Assembly (NCBI GenBank): GCA_002269645.1
Contig: NIVC01000911.1
Span: 124,001 to 188,000 of the forward strand
Direction of reading: 5' to 3'
Source of the DNA: Macrostomum lignano
Lineage: Eukaryota
DNA: 64,000 nt
The notes under the pieces are model-generated. The model had not been told where the DNA came from. It did not search any database and saw only the letters and a list, made by a program, of their open reading frames with translations. Position 1 is the first letter of the stretch; every line of letters starts with the position of its first letter. The position numbers and the translations under genes were made by a program. Shown piece by piece: positions 1 to 13,331 of this stretch.

Positions 1-1430
1 CCCCCTCAATGTCCAGGAAAAGCGAGAGGGCAAAGCCGCTGCCAAGAACGGCCCTCTCCAGGAAGTCAACAATGACATGGAGGGCACTCTCGGTTGACCT
101 GCCCGCGCGAAAGGCGTGCTGGTTCTGCGAGAGTGGGAAGCGCTTCAGCTCGACCGAAAATAGACGCCAAAGCACCAGTCTCTCGAGGAGCTTGAGGCAG
201 AAAGAAGTGAGGCTGATAGGCCTGAAGGCCTTCACCGATTGGTAGTCGCTCTTTCCAGGCTTGGGGATAAAGACCACCCGGGCCTCTCTCCACGCAACTG
301 GTACATAGCCCAGTTCCACACAAGCTCGGAGGAGACGACAGAGCAGGTCCAGGAAGCGGTAGTTTTTCACCACCTCGTGCAAGAACGCTGGGTAGATGCC
401 GTCGGGCCCAGGCGCCTTGAATGGGTTAAAGGACCTTGCCGCTCTAATAATGCGGTCTTTGGTGATCATAGACTTTGCTAGGCCTTGCCCTCCCACTGTG
501 TGGTCGGGCGGGCCCTGCTGAGTCGGAGATTTAGGGAAAAAACTGTGTAGCATGAGCTCTAGAGTCTCTTCCGAGCTCTCTGTGACCGAGCCGTCAGGTC
601 TCTTCACAACAGAGAGTTTAGAAAAACGGTCATTAGTGAGTGCCTTAACCACGCGGGCTACGGGGCGAGAGCCCTCAAGCCCTTCGCAATATTGGCGCCA
701 CTTGGCCGTCTTGGCCCTTCTGACTTGGCCCTTAAACTTGTGGATCGCACGGGTATAGGCCTCTCTGTCAGATGGGTCTTTGGTTTTGAGCGCTCGCCTT
801 TGGAGGGTCCTGGCTTGGCGCCGAAGGGCCCCGAGCTCTGGGTTCCACCAGGGAGCAGATTTCTTGCCTTTATAGGCCTTTAGGGGGCAGGCTGCTTCAA
901 AGGCAGTGGTAATCGCCCCGCCCAGGGAGGAGGCAAGATCGTCCACCACCTGGCAGTCAGAGAGGTCACTGGGGGGGGGGGTCAAGATCCCGAAGGCCGC
1001 GGCTCAGCTTCGAGCCAAAGGCGGCCCAATCGGTGTTCCTGACGTTCTGACTCCAAGTGACCTTAGGCTTTTGCTTGGTCGGCCCAATGCAAAAGCAGAT
1101 AAAGCGGTGGTCCGAGAGCGAGTCCTCGTCCCACACTCGCCAGCCCGTAACTGCGGAAAGCAGTCCGGGTGAGGCGATGGTGGTGTCGATGACTTCGGCC
1201 CACCGCCCATTATTGAACGTTGGTGCATTGCCCACGTTACAGAAATTGAGGTTAGTGCTGCTGACATAGGCCAGCAGCTCCTCGCCTCTGCTATTGATGT
1301 TCTTGCTGCCCCAATGCAGGTGGTGTGCGTTCACACCAGGATTGTCTGACTGTTGGAGAAACGGCTTGGCACAAGACAACCTGGACAGAAGCGAAGCGCT
1401 TCCATTTATCCACTGTGTAAGATCGCGCAA
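1..1430 (-). mobile_element. Degenerate non-LTR retrotransposon (R1/LOA-like, I group): APE endonuclease C-terminal half, linker and N-terminal RT; runs off the window start
   Basis: ORF 966..1430(-) has APE motifs NAHHLHWGS, NSRGEELL, NVGNAPTF, IDTT and SLSDHRFI. Manual minus-strand translation of 1-960 gives APWWNPEL, KAPGPDGIYP, WREARVVFIPKPGKSDY, KAFRPISLTSF, QHAFRAGRSTE and LFLDIEG. Frameshifts (e.g. poly-G at 971-981) and stops break the frame. Confidence 0.9.
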
Positions 1431-1839
1431 TCAGTCCAGGTGTGGGTTGAGGGTTATATTTTATTGGGTTTCAAGGTTAACAGAATAACAGGGGATTTTT
1501 TAGATTTCAAGGTTTATGGGGGCCATCGCTGACATGTTAAGGCTTACGGGGGGAATAGCTGAGATGTCAAGGCTCACAGGGGTATAAATGAGATTTCAAG
1601 GCTAAAGTCAGAAGCTACATGTAGTTTATTGAAAAAAATTTATTACATTATTTGATGCCTCCTCAGGGGAAGGATCGCTGATAAAAAAGCGTAATGTAAA
1701 AAATAAAAGAAGCTTCATGTCGAAGTTAAGAGATTCATTTGGGAATCCGTACGATGTCAAGGCTTGCAGGGAATCGCTATAATGCTGTAGTAGTGCTATA
1801 ATGACTCTTAAAGAGAATTATTACTGAAATTTCAATGCT

Positions 1840-1890
1840 TTAGGGTTAGGTTAGGGTTAGGGTTAGGCTTAGGCTAGGGTTAGGGTTAGA
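1840..1890 (+). repeat. Short degenerate interstitial telomere-like (TTAGGG)n tract, about 9 units
   Basis: ttaggg ttagg ttaggg ttaggg ttagg cttagg ctaggg ttaggg ttaga read directly. Confidence 0.75.
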
Positions 1891-2039
1891 AGGTTGACAG
1901 ATATTTTTAGATTTCCAAGGCTTATTGGGGGCATTGCTGAGATGTCAAGGGGGGGAGTTGATATGTTAAAGCTTGTGGGGGGGGGGGAATTACTGACATG
2001 TCAAGGCTTACAAGGTTTGACAAGAGATTTTTTAAGATT

Positions 2040-3484
2040 TCAAGGATACATGTAGCTTATTAAAAAAACGTGTATTGCATTTCTTTGGCTCCCCAACGGG
2101 GGGCGTAGATTGCTAGTTTGATCTATTTCCCAATCAGAACTTCTTTGGAATAGTTTATTTTCAATGAGACAAAAGTCACAATCAGTTGCCTTGGCAGTGC
2201 AAAATCGACAAGCCTTTCCTGAGGCAAAATTAGTTTGAAGACCAAGAAGGCTATTTATTGATAAATTATCGCCTATACAAAAGCAAGCAATTATAGGGAC
2301 ATTTATTTTTTGGCCATACTTATTGATATCAATACCTAAGTCATATAAATTATTTAGTTCTACTATAATTGGCTCATAGACTTCATTTAAAGTAAGTGGA
2401 GGAAAGTGATCATTGCTTTGTGGACTTTTGTATTTGAGCAAACAAACTAAAAAAAACATTTGTCTTGTGATGCAACCTCATATGGTGCATTTAGAATTCT
2501 TAAGTAAATTGCATACACTTTGTGCTTACAACGTGCTTTGCCAATTGGATTAACAACTTCAAACTCATCAGTATAAAGCCCTATATATATGCATTTTCAA
2601 GTGGACTATCAACAAGTAGAGCAATATAATTTAGAAAGTATGGGCTTGTGAAAAAAGGAGATTTTTCTAAGAACCTTCTAAAACTAAATTAAGAAAGTCA
2701 AGATTCTGGAATGCTGCTTGAATGCTTTCTCCAATTGAAACATAATAATTTTTTTATTGTTAATACAAGTTTGAACAGGTTCTACAAAAGGATAATTAGC
2801 TTTAAAAAAATTTAAAAGCTGATAATCATTTAATAAAATATCAAAACAAGTGTTAAAAAAGAAATCAAAGTCCAAAAAGTTACTAGTTGATTCTATAATA
2901 TCAGTTGAAATATTATTTTCTTTTAAAAACTGAGTAGCCATAACATTATACAAGCTACTAAAGGTTGAAATAATTTCCTTTACATTGTCAGTCAAGGAAA
3001 GACTAAGTCTATTAGGTAAACAATGCAGATCTCTACTAGAAATAAAAAACCTAATTATATCAAGTACAAGTTTTTCCTTTTCATTGATCAAAGTACAAGA
3101 ACTTTGATCAATGAAGCCATAAGCTCCCTCCATGATTTCATCATTTTTAGTTGATATGTCATCATAATTATTTGTTGCATCACTTTTTTCATTAATAGAC
3201 CTTGAAAAGTTGGGGTCTATTAAATAATTAATTTTGCCAGAAGTGTCATCTAGTTTGTCTTCAATTGAAAAAATGGCAGTCTCTTCAGCTACATAAGGCT
3301 TGTTATGGAATCTTAATAAATGCTTAAGTATACCCGCTTTAGTTGAACTACTTAAATTGCAATGTTGAATGGGAAAAGTAAACCTGTTTGCTAATTGAAG
3401 CTCTTCTAGACAAGGGGTGTACTTTGAATGGTGGACAAAACCTGACATTTGCTCAAATGTTTTCCCACATTTACAGGGAAACAT
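2040..3484 (-). pseudogene. Degenerate CMC/EnSpm (CACTA-like) transposase with N-terminal C2H2-like zinc fingers
   Basis: ORF 2684..3484 starts CKCGKTF..HHSKYTPC and continues ..HLLRFH. Manual translation of ~2460-2590(-) gives LYTDEFEVVNPIGKARCKHKVYAIYLRILNAP. ORF 2040..2459 has GDNLSINSLLGLQTNFASGKACRFC. These match the LYxDxFExxNPxG..HK and GDNL..CRFC motifs of metazoan EnSpm-type transposases. Frameshifted; no TIRs found. Confidence 0.75.
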
Positions 3485-4102
3485 TCTTTAAAAAAATCAA
3501 AGCAAAATGGATTCTTACAAGGCTAAATTTAAGCAAAAAAAATTCTGGGGCCATGTTAATTTATACTGTAGTCCTAGTTTACAAAGATTTAGAATAAGGC
3601 TATTATTATAAGACAAAGACAAAGACAATAAACTAAAAAAGCAGACATAATAATAATTAGACAATAATATGTTGAATTACAAAGAATAAAAATAAAATGA
3701 AGCACAAGAAAAGGTAAGGCTCAAGGGCAAGAATTGAATAAATACTGTGATCTAGGCCTATGTTAATAAGTAAGTAGTCTATAAATATATACAAATATAA
3801 AAATATATACACAAGTCACAATGTTGTTAGGGCCTAATTTCAGTAGTCTGGGTCAATAGTTAATGCAGTCAATAGTTAATGCAGAAGTTCTTGCAATTTG
3901 CAAAGAAACTGAGCAAAGCACAAGAGCAGAGCATATGCTGAGTTAAGCAGTAAATGCACTGTAATGCTTGAAAATAATTTTAGTAGTTTGATCAGATAAA
4001 AGTCAACACAAATTAAATCGCAAGTACATTAACAAATTTGTAAAGTAAATTTTATTTTCAGCAAGTTTTTTGCTTTTTGACTGCAATTTTTTAAGAATAT
4101 TA

Positions 4103-4651
4103 CAGTGGTCGTGGCGGTGGCGCGAATTCGCGCCGACGCGAAAATGGCGCGAATGTGCGAATTTTTCGAGGCTGGCGCGAAAAATTCTGATGGCTAATGG
4201 CGCGAAAATTTAGGGAAAAATCCCCTTTTTTCGCCATTGTTTTTTTTGTTTAGAACATTTAAACTCCAGGCACCCATTGGAATAGTTATGCTTCGTGGTG
4301 TTCTGTACCTCCATACCTCCATAACTTGTTTAATATCACTACATACCAGTCATTAAATACACGAAACGTTTCCCTAACGTGAAGTTGGTTCAATATGTTT
4401 GAATTCAAATTGTAGGAGCAAACAAAACAAAATTCATTATTGCACTTTGACTATGACTTACACAGTTACACTGTCTGTTTAATTTTACAATCAAAACAAT
4501 GTTTGTGTTGCAAACTTATCTGTACCGCAGTTAGCATAAATTCTTATAATCAAAGTTGGGTATTCTTAGCTGGCATATACATGTAGATACCTATGGCGCG
4601 AAAAAATTTGGGTGGCGCGAAAATTTAGAAGGAGACCCGCCACGACCACTG
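4103..4651. mobile_element. 549-bp non-autonomous hAT-type MITE
   Basis: Perfect 15-bp TIR CAGTGGTCGTGGCGG (4103-4117 / 4637-4651), exact 8-bp TSD GAATATTA (4095-4102, 4652-4659), and multiple subterminal GGCGCGAA motifs at both ends. Confidence 0.9.
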
Positions 4652-6269
4652 GAATATTATAAAGTTTTATGCCCATAGTGGTTAACTTTGTATTCTTTTT
4701 GCAGTTCATAATGAGTTTCTTTGTAAATTTAAGATTAGAACATACTATTGAATTATTTACTCTCGGCCACATATTATTTTTGACGCTATATATTCATTGT
4801 ACATGGTTAAAGTGTTACATTACACGTTGCACTCATTAAAAACAAATATTTTTACTTAGCTATGGCCTTTTGTAAGAAAAAATTTCGCTTTGGTAAAATA
4901 ATTATCTTCGGCCACTTTTTCTAAAATACATCTAACCACTTCCTTGGCCACATATTTCTTACAGTGTACTAAAGGCAATAGTCCTTGTAGGTTTGTTATG
5001 TTTAGTAAATGGTGATTACAACTACAGTTGACCTTGCAGTCTTTAAGCAGCAAATTACTTATTGATAGCATGCACAACTTTTACACCTATATTTGCTTTT
5101 CTACAGATCCTGCAGTGCAATTTTAGATGATGACACTCAAAAATTTCTATAGGATAATGTTTAAATTGTATATTGCAATTCCCTTTTTTGCTGTACATCA
5201 TATTTTAACTAAAAACATAATGCAAATGATGAGCTTATTCCCTTCAAACAGCCAATAACCAGGACTGAAGAACATTGCCAGACTTGGGAAGTACTTACAC
5301 ACTTGATGCACATTGCAGGTTGTGAATACAGTAGAGTATAGATTAGGCAACTGCTGTTGAAAATAGTGGAGAGTAGCTGCTACCTATAGAACTTGCACCT
5401 GCAAGGCACCCTACCCTGTAAGCTGAACCAGAAAATTACCATTGATAGCAGCAGAAAGTGGTTGAAAGTCATTCTAATCATCAAACTGACAACAGAACCA
5501 TTGGGCCATAAACAAAGAGCCAGTCTTCCAATTTGTGGCCCTTTAGATAACCCATCTTTGCCATTATATGTGGCAGATCATACATGCGCAACAGTCGGCC
5601 GAGTCGGCCGATCTGGCCAACTGATTTGGCGGCCAACCAAGGAAGTTGCAAAAATGCCCACCCAAAAAATACCAAAGTAGTAGTACTAAGTAGCTGACGA
5701 GGCATTTTAGCTTAGTTAGACAGTTAAAGTTACTCCTGCCGTTTACCCAAAGTTGCATTAATTTTGCGTTAGTTTTTTTACATGTAAGTCGCATTTTTGC
5801 CCAAAAACTACGTCGCATTTTTTGTTAAAACTAAGTCGCACGGCCGACCGAATTTTTGAGGTTGCGCATGTATGTGGCAGATGCTGCATCAACTTAGAAA
5901 CATGAACTTGTGTTGCAGCCCAATTAACTTCTTTTAGTCTGCTATGTAAATTCAGATAGTTATTGGCACCTCTATTGGGTTTCAGGGTGGCTGGGCCTAA
6001 ATAGTTAAAGACCATTCCTTTAACAAGTCTAACCACTGGCTAATGTAGGTAGCAGGGCAGGCAATAGTTAAATCTGATCAAGTCCACTAGGGTGGAAATA
6101 CCCATAATTCCTAGCAGGTTGTCTTTTCTAATGGGGATAGATTTAGCCAAGCATATGGTATCAACAAGCATACAAACAAAACCTCTTTCCAACTAGTGTC
6201 ATAAGCTGCTTGCAGGGCTACTGCAGAAACAGTGGGTTTATAGATGCATGCATTGTATATGTGCGCAAC

Positions 6270-6365
6270 TTTGGGAAAACACCTGGCCGTTTCTATTGGC
6301 AACACATACATGTAAGTTGCTATTAGCTGAGAGCAGTCACGTGACTACTATTCCATCCAATTGGC
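6270..6365. repeat. Half copy of the palindromic element at ~50107-50256
   Basis: cctggccgtttctattggcaacacatacatgtaagttgctatt..gagcagtcacgtgactactattcc closely matches the left arm and centre of the 50.1-kb copy. Confidence 0.7.
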
Positions 6366-6376
6366 CGATTGCTGCC

Positions 6377-6465
6377 ACCAGAGCCTTGGTTGTAGCCGCC
6401 ACCAGAGCCTTGATTGTAACTGCCACCAGGGCCTTGGGTGTAACCGCCACCAGAGCCTTGGGGGT
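6377..6465. repeat. 21-bp minisatellite, about 4 units (GCCACCAGAGCCTTGGTTGTA-like)
   Basis: Direct reading; produces the ATRALVV periodicity in ORF 6248..6598. Confidence 0.8.
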
Positions 6466-7240
6466 AGCTGCTCGTCAATTCGACAGTGCCGGATTTCTGC
6501 CAGTACTATTGAAATCGACGCTGGCAGCGCCACTATGCAACTGTGAGCGTAGTTTTGGGCAGCCCCTGTACATATGGCTCTTGGAACCGCAGAAGTAACA
6601 TTCTGTGAATGATTTTGTAAAAATAATAGACAAAATTTTATTTCAATCAAGGAGCTAACAATTAATATGTAAATCAATTAACTAACTAGAAAAGTCACTT
6701 TATGAGCTTTGTAAATTTAACTGTAGTCATTAAACTCACTTTTATGCACGCTGCCATCCTGTCTACAGCCACTGCCACAGCCATGACCTCTGCCTCTACC
6801 TCCGCCGCAACCACCTCCACGGCTGGAACCAAAAAAATTGTTAATAACTTAATTATGATAAAAAATGCGACGCAAAAGGTCTGAAACAAAAATGGGAGTG
6901 TTCCGCAAGTTAAGAGATTCGTAAACTAAAAAATGAAGTTGTTTGTGTAAAGTTTTCAAACTATTGTGTTTATTAATCTCAAGTACCAAATTTCTGCTAC
7001 CTGAAAAGTCACCCCTAAGCGTAAATGAATTATAAATTGCAAATTATTAGTAATTCATGTATACATATATACTACAATATTCCTAACAAGGACTTCCTCT
7101 ACCCTCTCTTAAACAAGAAGGGGATAATAATTAATACAACTAGCAAAAAGGGAGAATTAAAGAATAGACAGAAATCCAACAAATGAGAGGACTTTCAAAA
7201 AGGTCTTTTAACATATTTACTATCCCTTTTTATATGACTG

Positions 7241-7600
7241 GACATTATTCAAGGAAAATAGGTGGCGCATAATTATGTGAATGAACATTATTCAAAGAAA
7301 ATAGGTAGCGCATAATTATGTGAATGAACATTATTCAAAGAAAATAGGTAGCGCATAATTATGTGAATGAACATTATTCAAAGAAAATAGGTAGCGCATA
7401 ATTATGTGAATGAGCATTATTCAAGGTAGCGCATGATTATGTGAATGAACATTATTCAAGGTAGCACATGATGATGTAAATGAACATTATTCAAGGTAGC
7501 GCATGATTATGTGAATGAACATTATTCAAGGTAGCGCATAATTATGTGAATAGACATTATTCAAGGAAAATAGGTTGCACTTTATTATGTAAATGGACAT
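7241..7600. repeat. Minisatellite of ~43-bp units (ACATTATTCAAAGAAAATAGGTAGCGCATAATTATGTGAATGA) with shorter ~35-bp deletion variants
   Basis: About 9 tandem copies visible. Confidence 0.85.
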
Positions 7601-8848
7601 TCTTCAATCTCTATAGTTCCATGACTTAAGTAGCTAGAAGTAAAGTTAATTCCATTGACCTGTAAAGGATGGAAATCCACCGTTCTCATAATCATAGCAG
7701 CCTAGGTCTTCTAAAATGTCTAAAAGAAGCAGGGAACCGACTACAAAGGCATTGGCAACAAAAAGAAAGTGCTTTGCGAAAGCAAGAGTTGAAGGAAAAC
7801 ACATTATGACAATGCTATAATTTATTTGCTACGGAAGCTAGGCCTTTTGACATTGATAGCTTCCACAAATATATTTCTCAATTCCTCTCGTCGTGTCTCA
7901 GAAGCAGACAATCAGCTGAGTATACTGCTGCTTTAGTTAAAGTAGTTAAGTCGTACTTTACTCTACTTTAATTGAGGTTAACATCAAATGCTCCAAGTGT
8001 TTTATGTTCTTTGCATAATCTGACTTTGTATACAAAACAACAATGCTTCTTGTTTGCCTTGACTACTGTTCGTCAGGGTTTTTTGTTTACCGAGAGGAAG
8101 GCCCTTCCCTGATGCAGCAGTAAGCAATATTGTTGTCAGATGTCTAACATTTTAAAGGCATTCCGCTTATCAAGTCACTGCAAACTCATTCTACAGTTTA
8201 AGTAACCTTAATGCTTTCCGACACATGAATTAATGTGTATAAGTATATGGAAGTAACAGTAGTGGTATTATATGTCACACAACTTTGCCTATTAGTCTTA
8301 AACAACTTGCTATCAAAGAAAAGTTATTTTTATTATTATATCTTAATAGTCAATCCATGCATTCCTAATTGGTACGTCTACATCTAAGGTTGACACGTGC
8401 TTTCAGAAAAGAGTATAAATTCAAATATGAGTAGATTTTTTTGAAAAAGATTTATTTAAACAAGCATTAGGCTAAGTAGTCTTTTGTGCCTGCATTTGAA
8501 TCTGCGCATTCCAATCTGGAATTATTTGTACTTGTGAATCCACTTTGTTACTCCGTCTGCTGGGTCCTCAATTCCAGGGGAAGGCTAGATAATTGTAGTG
8601 CTTGCTATACAGGTCATTCGGGTCTTTAGACGCCAATTAAATTTTCGTTTATTTTCTTGTATGCTTACTAAAAGTAGCATAATGCTGATAGCAGTGTAAT
8701 TTTGTAAGAGTTGGAAGTATGTATTTTTATGCCTTCTAAGGCAAAGAATTAAAAATCAAGGCAATGGCTTTGTTGGTCAATAGTGATTCGTTGAGTTATT
8801 GATGGGTGCCTCATTATGTTAAACCCAATAATTATCCGCCCTTCGCAG

Positions 8849-10146
8849 TGTCAGTACAGTGCATCCGCTCGTCATTCGACCTAAGCTCAATCGATGTAGA
8901 TGCCGTGCCCTCTCTGCCGGACACTTTCTCAGCCGGTTGTAAATCGCTAAACAAACCGGAAGTGGCCGTTAAACGCGAGATTACACCGGAAGACAAAGCC
9001 GAAGCTGAACGACTCAAAGGCGAAGGTAACAAGTTTATTAGCGAGAATAAGCCTCTAGAAGCTGTTAACGCCTACACCATGGCACTGGCTAAGGATCCCT
9101 ACAATGCTGTGTACTATGGCAACCGGGCGGCCGCCTATTCTAAACTAAACGATCACGCCGCGGCTATCAGAGACTGCGAGCGGGCCTTGCAGAACGATCC
9201 GGCTTATTCTAAAGCCTACGGTAGGATGGGATTCGCCTATGCCGCACAGAAGAATCACGCCAAAGCTGTGGAATGCTACGAGAAGGCGCTCAGTCTGGAG
9301 CCTGATAATTCTTCTTATAAGCAGAATCTCGAGACTGCCAGGGCCGCCCTGCCCGCTGAGGTGAGTGCTATTAGACCTGTTTAAAATAGTTCCCATTTTG
9401 ATTGCTTGTTTATTCTGTAAGCTGTTGTCATACCACCTGAGCAATTCCCATCTCGAAAATCCACCTGAGCAATTCCCCTCTTCAAAATCCACCTGAGCAA
9501 TTCCCCTCTTCAAAATCCACCTGAGCAATTCCCCTCTTCAAAATCCACCTGAGCAATTCCCCTCTTCAAAATCCATTTGAGCAATTTCCCATAAATTCCA
9601 CCTGAGAATTCCCGTCTCATACCACCTGTGCACCTGAGCAATTCCCCTCCCAAAACTTCACAGGCTGGAGCAGCAGCCGGATTTCCCGGCTTCCCCGGAG
9701 CCGGAGGCCGAGGCGGAGCCGGCGGTCTGGACCTTATGTCGCTGCTAAACAATCCCCAGATGATGCAGATGGCCTCGCAGATGATGCAGTCGCCGCAGGT
9801 GCAACAGATGGTTGCCAGCATGATGGGCGGCGGACCAGGCGGACCGTTTGGCGGCGCCGCTGCTGGAGAGCCGTCCAATGACGTCCAAAGCGGCGCGTCA
9901 GGAGGCGAGGATCCGCCAGCTTCTTCGACGAACAACCAGCAGCAGGAGACGCCTCCCGGCCAGCCAAACATGCAAGACCTGCTCCGGATGGGGCAGCAGT
10001 TTGCCAGCCAGATGCAGGCTGCTAATCCTGATCTGGTTGAATCGCTTCGCCAGGAATTCCAGCAGGGCGGCGGAGTCAGCGGAGACCCCGGCGGCCCTGA
10101 GCAGCCGCCATCGTCCGATCAAGGGGAAGACAGATCGGGCAACTGA
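8849..10146 (+). CDS. SGTA: Small glutamine-rich TPR-containing co-chaperone (SGT), 5'-partial. Exons 8849-9360 and 9664-10146
   Basis: VSVQCIRSSF (end of the dimerisation domain), three TPRs (AERLKGEGN..YYGNRAAAYSKL..KAYGRMG..YKQNL) and a Q/M-rich C-terminus (SLLNNPQMMQMASQMM..GQQFASQMQAANPDLVESLR). Phase-0 GT/AG junction at 9361/9663. The acceptor at 8848 is phase 1 and the N-terminal exon was not found in the window. Confidence 0.92.
9433..9650. repeat. 28-bp intronic minisatellite (CCACCTGAGCAATTCCCCTCTTCAAAAT), about 8 units, filling most of the SGTA intron
   Basis: Direct reading. Confidence 0.9.
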
Positions 10147-10425
10147 TTCACCACCAATAATGATAATAACAGTTGTGTCTCTCTTAGCAGCGAAAGTCAT
10201 TTCTGTCATTTTGGTCTTGACACTGATGAACTCTAGCTATCGGTTCTTTTGTTAGTTCAATTTAGTACTCTATATTTGTTTGGCTGGATGTTTTGATTAA
10301 ATTGTCTCAGTAAATCGCTTTTCTATCAAGGGTTATGGTCAATTTTAAGTAAATGGTACTTAAATAAGTTCTTTAGTGCGATCTTAGGGTTTTCGGGGTT
10401 CTTATTGAAAGATTTGAGAGGTTAA

Positions 10426-10775
10426 TGGGCGCTTACTGAATGATCCGATGGTTTGATAAGCGCGTACTGAATGATCCGATGGTTTGATAAGCGCTTACTG
10501 AATGATCCGATTGTTGATGGGCGCTTACTGAATGATCCGATTGTTGATGGGCGCTTACTGAAGGATCTGATGGTTTGATTGGCGCTTACTGAATGATCCG
10601 ATGGTTTTATGGGCGCTTACTAAAGGATCCAATGGTTTTATAGGCGCTTACTGAAGAATCCGATGGTTTAATAAGCGCTTACTGAATAATCCGATGGTTT
10701 AATAAGCGCTTACTGAAGGATCTGAGGATTTTATTAGCGCTTACTGAAGAATCCGAATGTTTGATGCGCGCTTAC
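10426..10775. repeat. ~30-bp minisatellite (GCGCTTACTGAATGATCCGATGGTTTGATA-like), about 12 units, between SGTA and ARFRP1
   Basis: Direct reading. Confidence 0.9.
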
Positions 10776-11301
10776 TGACTATTTGAGAATTGTAGTGGCA
10801 TCTAGTGAATTATCTGAGAGTTTCAGTAACGATACTCTTCTGAAGCAGGTTTCGCCCAGTCGTAACTGAAGACTAACATGTTATTTGTATTTAACAGAAT
10901 TTAAAATGTCGAAATTTTTCGATAAAAACTATAAACTCTTATTCGACTGCAATCTTAAATACCTTTCTGCTTAAGCTTTTCTCGATTTGTTTTATTCCGG
11001 TGTTCAAGTTTCTTCGATTTGTTCTGTTTTTTTCTAGAGGGCCTAACAGTTTTAATAGTTGTAATATTGACTAATAATTGCTCTAATCATTAATATGTTG
11101 TTTTTTTTAAGTAAAAATAACCATCATATCTTTACTGATTCGTGTTGGATTAATAAATGTTGCAACCAGCGTAGCTATGGGGGTAGATATGTGTCTTGTC
11201 TTCTTCAATTATTTCGTTGCTTTGCTTAATAACTTGGAATTTCTAGCATTTAAAACATCGAACTGGCATTAAAAAGTTTGAAAATAACATCATTTCCAGT
11301 C

Positions 11302-12461
11302 ATGTACACCCTATTGAGCGGTCTGTATCGCTATTACACCCAGAAGGAGAAGTATAGCGCTCTCATTCTTGGCCTCGACAATGCCGGTAAAACTGTAAGG
11401 GTTATTTTTTATTGCCTTTATTTTCTATTTTCTACGCAATTTATTCGCATTTATTCTACTACAAGTAGGCTAATTATGACATTAAAACATTGCAGACTTA
11501 TCTGGAGCAAATAAAGACCCGATTTAAAAAGGATTACACCGGCCTTAATCTGAATAAAATTACTACAACTGTTGGCCTTAACAGTATGTATAAATAAATA
11601 TTGTTATCCGCTTAAAAGCTTGCATTTCTACTTTCAGTAGCAAACTGACAATATTTTGTGTTTTTTAGTCGGCGATATTCAAATAGCCGGCGTAGAATTG
11701 AATTTCTGGGATCTCGGCGGCCAACAGGAGCTGCAATCGCTGTGGGATAAATACTATGCAGAGTCGCACGCTGTCATCTTTGTGATTGACAGCTCGGACA
11801 GGGAGCGTATGGAGGAGTCTAAGCAGGCTCTCGGTGAGCAGCTCAATACCATTTATAACTGCTGGGCCTTCCAGATCCTCAGTTGCTGGGCCACCAGCCT
11901 CCCAGATCCTCATGTGCTGGGCCAGCCTCCCAAATCCTCAGTTGCTAAGCCACCAGCCTCCGAAATCCTCAGTTGCTGGGCTAGCCTCCCAAATCCTCAG
12001 TTGCTGGGCCACCAGCCTCCTAAATCCTCATGTGCTGGGCCAGCCTCCCAAATCCTCATTTGCTGGGCCACCAGCCTCCCAGATCCTTAGTTGCTGGGCC
12101 AGGCTCCCAGATCCTCAGTTGCTGGGCCAGCCTCCCAGATCCTCAGTTGCTGGGATGTCACCTAACCCTTTTCCATAGCGTTCTCCGTTCCCCGGTTGCA
12201 GAGAAAGTGGTATCAAGCGACGCCCTTGCCGGGGTGCCCCTGCTGCTGCTGGCCAACAAGCAGGATCTGGAAGGCTGTCTCACTGCCGAAGAAGTGAAGG
12301 AGATTTTTTCAACAGTGTCGCCCAGCGTGGGTCAACGGGACTGCCTGTTCAGAGGCGTGTCGGCGCTGAAAGGCACTGGCGTTGATCAGGGGATTCACTG
12401 GCTGGTGGAGCGAGTTAAACGACTGGCGGATAGACGGCCGCCGGCATTTGGAAATGATTGA
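11302..12461 (+). CDS. ARFRP1: ADP-ribosylation factor-related protein 1. Exons 11302-11394, 11496-11583, 11669-11833, 12202-12461
   Basis: MYTLLSGLYRY N-terminus, G1 GLDNAGKT, switch I TTTVGLN, G3 WDLGGQ, G4 ANKQD and SAL. All four exons join in frame at GT-AG sites. Confidence 0.95.
11866..12156. repeat. 28-29-bp intronic minisatellite (GCTGGGCCAGCCTCCCAGATCCTCAGTT) in ARFRP1 intron 3
   Basis: About 10 units; same unit as 55953-56651. Confidence 0.9.
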
Positions 12462-13331
12462 TTGATTGATTGGAAATGATTTTGTTATAACGGATCATCA
12501 ATGTTATTGCGCGGTATCGGCTTTTGACTATGTAATACAAAACAATTTATCGGTTTAACACACTTGTTTTACGCTCAGTGTTGCGTTGATGTCTTTCAGA
12601 ATTCAAAACGATTCATTTGTGTCTATGCTTGCTTTGTCAATGTAGATTTCCAAATTTTCTATTGGTATTGAACTATTTATTTTTAACTTAATTACATCCA
12701 GTGTACTTTGTTGTTAAGATACACCTCTTGATACCAATCTGCACTGTATAACCAACTGCACTAATACGGTTTTTTTATTTCAAGGGACTTGTCAATTACA
12801 AAGTACTTCTATACAGGTATCTGTGTAATCTAAATCTTTGTAGAGTTAGATGGGGTTCAATGATTTTTTTATTCATTGTAACAATTGTTGGTTAAAGCAA
12901 GATTTAAATAAAGAAGAAAGAATAGCACTCGCTTGTGACTGAGTATGTTACGTATAATATTTGTTGTACAGTGCAAAACACCAGATAAAAACAGTGAAAG
13001 CATATCTTTTTACTTCTTTGTTTGTGTGTATAGGCCCCATAGGTACTGAATGTGTTAATTGAATTGAAATGTGTTACTGGCTAAGAACTCTATTAACGCT
13101 AACTGTAAGCTCTGTGAAAAAATCAATAATTTTAAAACGACACTGTAACTCTTATGCATTGACTAACTATTATTATCAACTTTGTTGACGAGCAGACAGC
13201 GGGGGGGGGTATCTGTCAGCAACTGAGCAACGGGTGGTCGCTGTAACTGCACTACAAATTCTTGCGGCCAAATAAGCGTCTTCTTAACTTTACCCTTTAT
13301 CGTCCGTCCGATTTAACTCTGCAAGGCAGTA

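Noticed and set aside
6750-6835. Gly/Arg-rich minus-strand segment (RGGGCGGGRGRG) as an RGG exon
   Set aside because: It is isolated low-complexity sequence with no partner exons found.
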